In this document: one piece after another, positions 27,825 through 35,506 of the stretch
Layout of the letters: each line of letters begins with the position of its first letter
Position numbering within the stretch: position 1 is the first letter of the stretch
Virus record (IMG/VR): IMGVR_UViG_3300045988_087374
Length of the DNA: 64,000 nucleotides
Source: a virus
Direction: 5' to 3' (one strand)
Notes under the pieces: model-generated
Databases searched by the model: none
What the model was told of the DNA's origin: nothing
What the model saw: only the letters and a program-made list of their open reading frames with translations
Program-made: the position numbers and the translations under genes

Positions 27825-28327
27825 ATAGTGACACTGACCGAGCGCAAAACCTTGTAAAATGTACGCAAGGCACGAACAAAAAGCTACAAAAACATGAGAT
27901 ATAGCAATATTTGTACAATACATACAAATTACGCACTATAAATTGTGCATGATGTATAATAATCTATAAAGAAAACGTGAGTTTGTCTTATAGATACGTA
28001 TGTTCGATAAGAAACGGCATGACAATTCTCCTTGGCTACTGCCGAAGGCATCCGAAGACTAGCGTTTGAACCGGGTCGGCGGGAACCCATGGGGCAGAGG
28101 GCCGCCCGGTTAGCGTGATACCTGGACAGACCCAGGGAGGGGGTATATATAACACCCCACAACCGCCTAATGGGTTGCCCAAGGATTCCAAAAAAACAAA
28201 AAGACCCATTTTACATTCATTTCCTCAACATGGCAGAGATAGTGATTGCAACACGACAAGCGGTAAGCCTTAACCGTTTCTCTGCCAACACTAAATAAGG
28301 CAGTACCAAGAAAGGCAGGTATAAAAC

Positions 28328-28717
28328 ATGAAGATAGGGTATGCAAGGGAATCTGGATTATGGTTCCCGTTGGAAGCAAAGAAAAAGATACTTTTGAACG
28401 AAGAAATTGACTCGTTTATTTTCGATTTGGCAGATGAAAATAATAATTTTGAACTTCTTTGTGAAAACATGAAAAAGGGTGATTCATTAATTATTTGCGG
28501 AGTTGATGATATCGGAAATACCAAGAATGAAATTGAAGAAGCATGGAGACGGCTTTGTAATTTGAATATTGAAATCTATGTGCTCACAGCTCCGACGTTG
28601 TTTTACAGTGAAAGCATGACGCTAGAACAATCGTTTATAAGAGATGTGACACGTAGTGTACTTGCTTCTCAGGTTGAAATTGCTAATCAGAAATTAAAAG
28701 CAATAAACGATTTGTGA
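28328..28717 (+). CDS. resolvase N-terminal-domain-like protein without a DNA-binding domain
   Basis: MKIGYARES... resembles the serine recombinase catalytic domain start. Confidence 0.45.
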   Translation: MKIGYARESGLWFPLEAKKKILLNEEIDSFIFDLADENNNFELLCENMKKGDSLIICGVDDIGNTKNEIEEAWRRLCNLNIEIYVLTAPTLFYSESMTLEQSFIRDVTRSVLASQVEIANQKLKAINDL

Positions 28718-28751
28718 TAACTGATAATATTCGCAGAAAGGTAGGCATAAG

Positions 28752-28964
28752 ATGGAGAAAATAGTAAACAACGACGGATATCTTCGGTCAAGGTTGATGG
28801 ATATGGCGCAACATCTTTTGAATATTTGTAACGAAACCGGAAATTCAAATATTCAACTTATGACATCATCTTTGGAGAATGGGAAAGGTATTACGCTTCT
28901 GGCTAAAGCCGATGACAAACCGATTCTTTCTGTAAAAATGGATACTGCCTATGAAAAAGTATAA
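28752..28964 (+). CDS. hypothetical protein
   Basis: 70 aa. Confidence 0.5.
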   Translation: MEKIVNNDGYLRSRLMDMAQHLLNICNETGNSNIQLMTSSLENGKGITLLAKADDKPILSVKMDTAYEKV

Positions 28965-29100
28965 CCCACAGGGCGAATCAATCCGGATCCGGCTGCCGTA
29001 CCAGTTAGAGTGCAAACTCATATCTGAGAAGAACCGAACCGGCAAAAGCGTGTCGCAGATCACCCGTGAAGCACTGGCAGAATATTTTCGAAAGAGGTAG
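28951..29100 (+). CDS. ribbon-helix-helix (CopG-like) protein, 49 aa
   Basis: ESIRIRLPYQLECKL...SQITREALAEYF pattern. Confidence 0.45.
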   Translation: MKKYNPQGESIRIRLPYQLECKLISEKNRTGKSVSQITREALAEYFRKR

Positions 29101-29166
29101 GTAAATGTCGATACTCGAAAAATTTTTCAAAATACAAAAAGGCGGTTTTGGAAAGGAATAAAACGA

Positions 29167-29562
29167 ATGAATAGAAATGAAAAAGCTTATTATGCGTACG
29201 TAGAAAACGGAAAAGCGGTTATCACCGAAGAAAAACCGGATTTTAATAAAATAAAAAATTACACGATGGTAAAAGCCGACAGAATCGAATGTGTTATCGG
29301 TGGCAAGAAAATCCAGGATGAATTACCACTTCCAGATGAACCGATTGACGTAGCAACAAAACTTATCCAAGCAACTGTCACGGCAAAGATACCGAAATAC
29401 GGAGTCCTGTATCCGGTTCTGGAGGCAGAAAGTATTGAGATTCCAAAATACGATGTTATCCAGCTTCAGAAGATTGCAGAGCATCTTCTGGCGTATTGCA
29501 AAGCACAGGAAAGGGGATGCAAAGATGGCTGTTGTGAAAATTATAAATCCGAGTCCGTATGA
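29167..29562 (+). CDS. hypothetical protein
   Basis: 131 aa. Confidence 0.55.
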   Translation: MNRNEKAYYAYVENGKAVITEEKPDFNKIKNYTMVKADRIECVIGGKKIQDELPLPDEPIDVATKLIQATVTAKIPKYGVLYPVLEAESIEIPKYDVIQLQKIAEHLLAYCKAQERGCKDGCCENYKSESV

Positions 29563-29908
29563 CTGGAGGGGGACACAGTACTTTATTGATGGACATGAAG
29601 TACCGAGAGTAAAGTCTGTTGATTTCCATGTTTTGGTTGATGAAGTTCCGATATTTAATTTTGAAATGATGTCGGCACCTGATATAGAAATGGAGTGCCT
29701 GGCACAAATTAGTTTCACTTCTCAATCAATTACTGATGCAATTTCAGTTTTAAGACACGAACTGTTGCAACGCGGGGAAATTTACCACGGCTTCAAAGCA
29801 AGCCTAAAATCGGCTTTAGAGCATTACAATTACTGTGGATTGCCATTTGAGCCGAAAGATGATGTTGCCAGAAAGATTCTCGATTTCATGATAGGAGAAG
29901 AAAAATGA
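29525..29908 (+). CDS. hypothetical protein
   Basis: starts at MAVVKIINPS within track ORF 29435. Confidence 0.5.
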   Translation: MAVVKIINPSPYDWRGTQYFIDGHEVPRVKSVDFHVLVDEVPIFNFEMMSAPDIEMECLAQISFTSQSITDAISVLRHELLQRGEIYHGFKASLKSALEHYNYCGLPFEPKDDVARKILDFMIGEEK

Positions 29909-30084
29909 GATTACCATTAACAATCATTGCTGTAGCAATCAACATAATAGTGTTCACAACGTTGGCTGCATTCCTCGTGACGCAAATTAGCGAGCAGAAA
30001 ACACCGATGCTTTCTACTTTCTTCTTTGCACTGATGGAATTAGGACTTATTCTAAATACCATATTAATTTGCACAGCGAGGTGA
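29905..30084 (+). CDS. small membrane protein (59 aa)
   Basis: ATGA overlap; two hydrophobic segments. Confidence 0.4.
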   Translation: MRLPLTIIAVAINIIVFTTLAAFLVTQISEQKTPMLSTFFFALMELGLILNTILICTAR

Positions 30085-30349
30085 AATATGCTTTTAGCAT
30101 TTCCGATGTGGATTATCCCGTATCTCATCATAGAGCGGGTTAAACCAATAGAAAAACCTATTTGCATTTGCAGGCAATGCCCTTATGTAAAGCGGTATGC
30201 CAGCAAACGATCCATGCATCCGACATAGTGGGGAATTCAAACCGTTCAATTTTATAGCTTATTAAGATGCAAAAAAAATACCCCATATGATGTGTCACAC
30301 ACGATTCCCGCCGTATTTTGAGATGGTGCTTTCTACGGCGGGAACTTAC

Positions 30350-30421
30350 AGGGCTATCACCAAAAGGTAAGGTAACGGGCTTTGATCCCGTCATGTGTGG
30401 GTTCGAATCCCACTAGCCCCG
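30350..30421 (+). tRNA. tRNA-Gln (anticodon UUG)
   Basis: hand-folded cloverleaf; anticodon loop cTTTGat; T arm gtggg-ttcgaat-cccac; weak 1:72 pair (A.C) and G73, as in Gln tRNAs. Confidence 0.8.
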
Positions 30422-30467
30422 CTTGCCAAGATTTTTGGCACTTATGTTTTCTTTTTTTCACCTCGTT

Positions 30468-30520
30468 ACCATCTAGCTCAACGGAGCTGATTAAAGGGAC
30501 TTCAAATGTCCCGGATGGTT
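30468..30520 (+). ncRNA. tRNA-like minihelix lacking an anticodon arm
   Basis: 7-bp acceptor (accatct/ggatggt), hairpin agctc-aacg-gagct, canonical T arm gggac-TTCAAAT-gtccc. Confidence 0.4.
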
Positions 30521-30628
30521 TTCTCGGATCATAGCAGGAGGTGCTTATCGAGAGCCTTTGTTGCGACTGGTGGTTAAGAATCGCAACAGCAGACGCATTG
30601 TTGCTGACAGCCTACAATGTGCTGCTCA

Positions 30629-30702
30629 GGAAATTTAGTTCAGTTGGTCAGAACGTCCGGCTCATAACCGGAAAGTCCAGGGTTCGAGTCCCTGAATTTC
30701 CA
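30629..30702 (+). tRNA. tRNA with CAU anticodon, elongator type (Met or Ile2)
   Basis: GGAAATT-TA-GTTC-AGTTGGTCA-GAAC-G-TCCGG-CTCATAA-CCGGA-AAGTC-CAGGG-TTCGAGT-CCCTG-AATTTCC-A. Confidence 0.85.
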
Positions 30703-31063
30703 TCTCTTTCCTGAATGCCATTCGTACCGTAAAACGAATGGAAAAAACTTGCCGATTGAGCGTTTTGGCAATGTCTGTACGAGTGCGATACGGCGTAGCT
30801 TGTGCAAGGGATTGCTTTTCCGGTCGGCGTGCATCTCGGAGTAGTAATGTTTGGTGTAACGTGCACTTGGCATGGTGAGTTTTCAAGAGATGCAGTCTTC
30901 AAAAGACATACGTATACAGAATCCTAAACAACTCCGTGGAGCATACCACGGTTACCAAAAAGCCGTCAGGTTGGCAAAAATACGATAGTCCAAGTTATGA
31001 AAAATTGCCTAGTGGAACGCATAACACGAAAAAATCATTGCTAACCCGGGGTGTCCGGGTTGA

Positions 31064-31134
31064 CGCAGGATGGAGTATAGGTAACTCGCGGGCCTCCTTA
31101 GCCCGAAAGGGTGGTTCAATTCCGCCTCCTGCAA
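31064..31134 (+). tRNA. initiator-like tRNA with CCU anticodon (a scanner would call it tRNA-Arg-CCU)
   Basis: CGCAGGA-TG-GAGT-ATAGGTA-ACTC-G-CGGGC-CTCCTTA-GCCCG-AAAG-GGTGG-TTCAATT-CCGCC-TCCTGCA-A; C1xA72, A73, A11:U24, GGG/CCC in the anticodon stem. Confidence 0.75.
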
Positions 31135-31348
31135 TTTGCCAAGAGAAACAAGGTGTCCCAGCCCTTACAACTTGGGTGGGCGGTTTAATTCCGCAAGTCG
31201 GCAGTTCCGGCAGATACTCCTCTAGCAAAAGGTTATTGCTATCCTGTTTATCGGTTTTCGGTTCAAAAAGCAAGTTCTCAATTTTCTCTCTGTGGTGTGA
31301 AAATCAACCCAAACACTTAAATAAAGTGTTTGACCGTTACAGGCGGTA

Positions 31349-31420
31349 CGGAATGTAGCTCAGTGGTAGAGCAATGGCTTTGTAAGCTATGTGCCGCAAG
31401 TTCGATTCTTGCCTTTCCGA
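31349..31420 (+). tRNA. tRNA-Thr (anticodon UGU)
   Basis: TA-GCTC-AGTGGTA-GAGC D arm; anticodon loop ttTGTaa; T arm gcaag-ttcgatt-cttgc; one U.U mismatch in the acceptor. Confidence 0.8.
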
Positions 31421-31421
31421 T

Positions 31422-31539
31422 TCCATATAGTGGCGGAATACGTAGACGCTATTGTGGTAGCATAGGTTTGAACCCACAACTTAGGTGACCTTAGCCGGCG
31501 GCATGAGAGTAAAAGGGTGGAAATCCCCTCCTATATGGA
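31422..31539 (+). ncRNA. structured RNA with a class-II-tRNA-like 5' end (tRNA-derived?)
   Basis: 9-bp closing helix tccatatag/ctatatgga; TGGCGGAATACGTAGACGC resembles the tRNA-Leu D arm; no T arm. Confidence 0.3.
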
Positions 31540-31570
31540 CGTTTGATGCATTGAGTGATAATGCTCTGAT

Positions 31571-31707
31571 TGAAAAGTGGCGGAACTATTGACGGTGATG
31601 AATCCGATACAATAGAAAGGCAGACGCAGAGGATAGTACATCGTAATGGGTGAGTATGTGTCTTTGGACATGGGATGTACATGGAAGTTCGAACCTTCCC
31701 TTTTCAG
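31571..31707 (+). ncRNA. oversized tRNA-like RNA (acceptor and T arm present, no recognisable anticodon arm)
   Basis: 7-bp acceptor tgaaaag/cttttca; T arm ggaag-TTCGAAC-cttcc; 45-nt hairpin 31636-31680 at the variable-arm position. Confidence 0.3.
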
Positions 31708-31760
31708 CTCCTACGAATTGCCATCGTAGGAATAAATTACTCCTAAGGTATAGTTTGGTT

Positions 31761-31811
31761 TCCAGTACTCCACGTTGGGTGGCTAGTTACGGTTCAAGTC
31801 CGTGTACTGGA
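31761..31811 (+). ncRNA. tRNA-like minihelix lacking an anticodon arm
   Basis: acceptor tccagta/tactgga, hairpin ccac-gttgg-gtgg, T arm tacgg-TTCAAGT-ccgtg. Confidence 0.4.
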
Positions 31812-31834
31812 ATTTTTGTTTAAGGAGGTGGCTT

Positions 31835-32005
31835 GTGGAAGAAAAAGATTATTGTTGTACATGCAAATGGTATGCACTGGAAGAAGGCGTTTGCTGTAAT
31901 GGCGACAGTGAACATTGCGCGGATTTTAGATTACTTGATGATAGCTGTGAATGTTGGGAGGGTGTTGAAGATGAGAAAACAGGAGATAATTTACATCGCA
32001 GTTGA
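31835..32005 (+). CDS. small Cys-rich protein (56 aa)
   Basis: GGAGG RBS 6 nt before GTG 31835; MEEKDYCCTCKWY... Confidence 0.45.
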   Translation: MEEKDYCCTCKWYALEEGVCCNGDSEHCADFRLLDDSCECWEGVEDEKTGDNLHRS

Positions 32006-32342
32006 CAATAAAGATGCTAATTGGTTTTTAAATGAACTGTGCGAAGTTGGAAGAATAACAGATCCTTACCTGCGTGTCGATAGGAGAAAGAAAACGATTG
32101 AAACCAGTAATTGCAAAGTAATAGCAGTTTCTCTTTCAGGTTGTTACACATTTGCTCCGATATCACCTATAGATTTTTACCTGTATAGTAGCAAGCCTAT
32201 TACAACACAATTAGAATTGATAAAAAATAGATACAACGAACTGAAAACAATAGAGATGCATTTGTCGACATTTGCAACAAAAATAGATATGAAAATATTA
32301 ATTAATATTTTGAATGGTGTAGAAGATGAAGATAATGGGTAA
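31971..32342 (+). CDS. hypothetical protein
   Basis: GGGAGGG RBS before ATG 31971 (internal Met of track ORF 31833). Confidence 0.5.
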   Translation: MRKQEIIYIAVDNKDANWFLNELCEVGRITDPYLRVDRRKKTIETSNCKVIAVSLSGCYTFAPISPIDFYLYSSKPITTQLELIKNRYNELKTIEMHLSTFATKIDMKILINILNGVEDEDNG

Positions 32343-32487
32343 AGAAATCAATGATGAATGTTCCAAGTGCGGGAATATCCTTGAATGTGAATTGTTTCGA
32401 CAGGGGCACGGAATAAAACAGGAACGTGAGAATGTAGCAAAGATGATCGAGTGTCAGATGAAGCACAGGGAGGACAGGGAGAAATGA
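32335..32487 (+). CDS. small zinc-binding protein (50 aa)
   Basis: overlapping starts; CSKCG. Confidence 0.4.
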   Translation: MGKEINDECSKCGNILECELFRQGHGIKQERENVAKMIECQMKHREDREK

Positions 32488-32771
32488 AAGAAATTATGGA
32501 AAATAATTTATCGTTGCGAGACAAATGTAAATGTCCATTTTGCGGAGGAACAGTAATTAATACAGGACTGGATTTCTTTGGTGGTGACGTAGGTGCCGCA
32601 GGCTTGAGAACTGATGCAGAATGGATTTGTACAAACTGCAAAACTGAATTTAATAGTGAGTTTTATCTCAGATCTGATAGGATTGAGACGATTTATAACG
32701 CAAAGGTCACATTACTTGATAAAAAAGATTGTCAACCTAACATTCTTGGAGAATTAGATAATGATAGATGA
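32484..32771 (+). CDS. zinc-ribbon protein
   Basis: CPFCGG...CTNC. Confidence 0.5.
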   Translation: MKEIMENNLSLRDKCKCPFCGGTVINTGLDFFGGDVGAAGLRTDAEWICTNCKTEFNSEFYLRSDRIETIYNAKVTLLDKKDCQPNILGELDNDR

Positions 32772-32786
32772 ATATGGAGATATAAA

Positions 32787-32996
32787 ATGATTAAAATATT
32801 AAAACCAGGAACAAAAAAAGAAGCAACTTGTGACAAGTGCGGTGCGTTATTGAGTTATGATGAAAATGAAGATGTGAAAGAGGAATGCATAGAAAAAAAG
32901 TTTGCTACAAATATGCCATCTGGATATGGAATTAAGCAGAAATACATCATATGCCCGCAGTGTAAGAATAAAATAATTACGTGGTCTACAAGATAG
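32787..32996 (+). CDS. zinc-ribbon protein
   Basis: CDKCG...CPQC. Confidence 0.55.
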   Translation: MIKILKPGTKKEATCDKCGALLSYDENEDVKEECIEKKFATNMPSGYGIKQKYIICPQCKNKIITWSTR

Positions 32997-33008
32997 GAGC
33001 GAATTGCC

Positions 33009-33248
33009 ATGATTAAAAAACTCTGTAATCTCTACATAAAACATAAGACAAAAAATCTCACGAGGATTCCGTTGTTCACAATGATGTTTGACTGGAAGAA
33101 GTTCCAAGAGGGTGGGAAGAAAGGAAGTTGCTTACTGTATGTAATTCATCCAGACATCGCAAACGATCTGGTTCTGCGTAAGAAGCTGTGCGACTGCGCG
33201 GACTATATCCGTGACAATTACGATATGGAAAATTTTACAAAAATTTAG
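33009..33248 (+). CDS. hypothetical protein
   Basis: 79 aa. Confidence 0.5.
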   Translation: MIKKLCNLYIKHKTKNLTRIPLFTMMFDWKKFQEGGKKGSCLLYVIHPDIANDLVLRKKLCDCADYIRDNYDMENFTKI

Positions 33249-33264
33249 CGTGAGGGAATTTCAG

Positions 33265-33465
33265 GTGAATGGTGTTGAAAACAAAAGAATTTTGGAATTG
33301 AAAAAGGAAAATAAAAGACTTGTAGCAAAAAACAAAGAACTCGAAGAAAAACTCGAAAAAACCAATTCGATTGTTATGGCATATACAAATGAGTTGCAAA
33401 CCAGAGAAGTTATAAAAGGTGTTTGGGAGACACAATGCTTGCCCAATATTCATGGAGCAAGCTGA
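33265..33465 (+). CDS. coiled-coil hypothetical protein
   Basis: GAGGGA RBS before GTG 33265. Confidence 0.45.
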   Translation: MNGVENKRILELKKENKRLVAKNKELEEKLEKTNSIVMAYTNELQTREVIKGVWETQCLPNIHGAS

Positions 33466-33466
33466 T

Positions 33467-33742
33467 ATGGGAGTGAAAGATGAATTGAATCGGTTCTTTA
33501 TAGGAGAAAAAGAGATAGATACATCAGGAATACCGGAGTTCCCGGGAGATTTGATTAAGTATTCGCTGCAATCTGTCGGAAAAGAGCTTGAATTTAGGAC
33601 GGAATTTGAATTGCCGAAGGAAATTTTTTATTCATTGTTTTTCTCGAACCGGATAAGCCAAAATAATTTCCGTAAAATACATGGAATCCCCAAAAAGCGC
33701 AAGATTGCAGGACGAAGAGGAGTGAGGAAGCATGAAAGATAA
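33467..33742 (+). CDS. hypothetical protein
   Basis: ATG directly after the previous stop. Confidence 0.45.
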   Translation: MGVKDELNRFFIGEKEIDTSGIPEFPGDLIKYSLQSVGKELEFRTEFELPKEIFYSLFFSNRISQNNFRKIHGIPKKRKIAGRRGVRKHER

Positions 33743-34022
33743 TGCATATTTATTTAGCAGCCATTGGATAGAAGCCGTTCAAAGCCTATATCTTTCTTCA
33801 GGAGTGTTTAAAACATGTATTACTTCATATAAAAACAATTATCTTAAAATGCACGGAAAACACAAAATAAGACAGGTCGCTGGAAGAAAGAGAAAAAGAA
33901 AATTTAGTAATCAATTCAGTAAAAATGCAAAGAATAAAATGAGAATTTATCTCAAACGGAAACATAAAGGTATTAAGCATAAAAAGAATAGGAGAAATAA
34001 TGAGCATCAAATCAGCATTTGA
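33732..34022 (+). CDS. highly basic hypothetical protein
   Basis: K/R-rich C-terminus. Confidence 0.45.
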   Translation: MKDNAYLFSSHWIEAVQSLYLSSGVFKTCITSYKNNYLKMHGKHKIRQVAGRKRKRKFSNQFSKNAKNKMRIYLKRKHKGIKHKKNRRNNEHQISI

Positions 34023-34233
34023 ATCTGAGGGGATAGATTTCTCTCAGGTAATGAACCCACCGGAGCCGTGGGACGGACGGGCATTAATAAAGAACATCAA
34101 TGGCAAGGACTACGCTTGCTGCCCTTTCTGTCAGAAGAAAGCACTTCTGATTAGTTCAGATACAAAAATTCAACATCTTAAATTGAAGTGCAAGGGTAGT
34201 AACTGCAAGAAAGAGTTCGAGGTGAATGTATGA
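34000..34233 (+). CDS. zinc-ribbon protein
   Basis: CCPFC...CKGSNC. Confidence 0.5.
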   Translation: MSIKSAFESEGIDFSQVMNPPEPWDGRALIKNINGKDYACCPFCQKKALLISSDTKIQHLKLKCKGSNCKKEFEVNV

Positions 34234-34541
34234 AATATGGTGTAGTGAATTATCCCATTAAGATTATTGATGAAGAAATCATTAATGCACTGGCAGACAT
34301 TGAAATACATCATGAAGAAGATAAACGAATTGTTTTGGTAGAATGCGTCATGAATTATACAGAACTTCCAGAAGAATGCGTTCTTGAAATTGGATATCTT
34401 AAAAGAAAATTCAAACTCATGCATATCGACTCAGCTACAACAGAATTTGGAATCTATAAACTTAAATTTATGTTTGAGCGAGCAGAAGATATAAATAAAA
34501 AAGATGAGTGGTGGGATTCACTTAGAAGCATTGTGAGGTGA
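34230..34541 (+). CDS. hypothetical protein
   Basis: 103 aa. Confidence 0.5.
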   Translation: MKYGVVNYPIKIIDEEIINALADIEIHHEEDKRIVLVECVMNYTELPEECVLEIGYLKRKFKLMHIDSATTEFGIYKLKFMFERAEDINKKDEWWDSLRSIVR

Positions 34542-34545
34542 ATGT

Positions 34546-35127
34546 ATGAAAGAATTAATTAGACCTGTTCCAATTGAAATCGTTGATCTTGGAATAGAAA
34601 CTCACGCACAAATTGAGATTGAAGAAATTCTTCTTACATCATTCCCACCAATTCAAAAAACTATTTTAAAATTCAGCACTGAATGTACCGTATTTGATCT
34701 TAGAACTGAATACTCGATAAAAATAAAAAATGATGATGCAGTGATAAAATGTTATAGGGGGAACACTTTAAACACTTTCATTCAGAAAGACGCAGGTGAA
34801 AGAACTGTTGCTGAATGGCGCAAGGTTATATCGCGTTCAAAAAACACTCCGGACATTGTTAAAGCTATTGATTCTATAAAAGTGTCTGATGAAGATGTTA
34901 TTAAATCAGTTGCCAGTGATTCAGAAGAACTTCAAAAAACTAAGCCTATGGAACTGGACGAACTTTCGGAAGAAACCAAGTTTAGAATTTATAAATTAAT
35001 TGTAAATGAAATTGGAAAGCATTTTTACAATTGCGAGATGCGTATGTCATATAAAGACTTTATACTTGTTGAGGATTGCATCAGAAAAGTTTTGCAAGGA
35101 GAACAAGATGAACACAAAACGGATTAA
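34546..35127 (+). CDS. hypothetical protein
   Basis: 193 aa. Confidence 0.55.
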   Translation: MKELIRPVPIEIVDLGIETHAQIEIEEILLTSFPPIQKTILKFSTECTVFDLRTEYSIKIKNDDAVIKCYRGNTLNTFIQKDAGERTVAEWRKVISRSKNTPDIVKAIDSIKVSDEDVIKSVASDSEELQKTKPMELDELSEETKFRIYKLIVNEIGKHFYNCEMRMSYKDFILVEDCIRKVLQGEQDEHKTD

Positions 35128-35284
35128 ATGTATTTTGACAGGTGGATGCAAGTTCAAAAGTTCGGATACAGAATCGAAATGTAATGATAAAGAAAAGACT
35201 TGCACTATTACAGAAACTTGCTACAAATGTGGGAAGAAGTACACTGCTGTATTCACTTACAAACAGTTAGGAATTCCAGATTAG
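35108..35284 (+). CDS. small Cys-rich protein
   Basis: AAGGAG RBS before ATG 35108. Confidence 0.45.
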   Translation: MNTKRIKCILTGGCKFKSSDTESKCNDKEKTCTITETCYKCGKKYTAVFTYKQLGIPD

Positions 35285-35296
35285 GAGAAATGCTGA

Positions 35297-35506
35297 ATGA
35301 TAGAAATATTTGTAATTTTTGCTTTTGTGTTATTTATATTATTTTTAACTACATGGCAATGTGATGAAAAGCATGGCGTTTCGTATTGGACAGCAATGGT
35401 AATATTCGGAATAATCTTAACCGCTATTGGAGTGGCACTTTCGTATTTTATATACGTAATAGGTTTGGCGTTAATTTCAATATTTTCAAGCGTGTTCATT
35501 GGATAG
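35297..35506 (+). CDS. two-TM membrane protein
   Basis: hydrophobic throughout. Confidence 0.5.
   Translation: MIEIFVIFAFVLFILFLTTWQCDEKHGVSYWTAMVIFGIILTAIGVALSYFIYVIGLALISIFSSVFIG

Noticed and set aside
28020-28195. Assignment of the GC-rich island to a known riboswitch (guanidine-I/ykkC, ZTP, fluoride, Mn)
   Set aside because: Only short fragments resemble remembered consensus strings (ctagcg..ccgg, ccgcctaatggg), and they occur in the wrong order. It cannot be supported without a covariance-model search.
30459-30543. tRNA-Leu(CAA) reading of the gggac-ttcaaat-gtccc hairpin, closed by cacctc/gaggtg
   Set aside because: The loop TTCAAAT is a T-loop, not an anticodon loop. The better model is the 52-nt minihelix 30468-30520.
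30640-31358. Several 74-140-aa track ORFs on both strands in the tRNA island
   Set aside because: They overlap hand-folded tRNAs and hairpin-dense spacers. They have no RBS and their composition is dictated by tRNA sequence.
31571-31707. Intron-containing tRNA
   Set aside because: At 137 nt it is far too short to hold a bacterial-type group I intron, and no 5-bp/7-nt anticodon arm can be drawn. I kept it only as an unexplained tRNA-like RNA.
31833-32342. Single 169-aa ORF as listed in the track
   Set aside because: The RBS geometry favours two genes instead. These are a 56-aa Cys-rich ORF from GTG 31835 in another frame, and a 123-aa ORF from ATG 31971.
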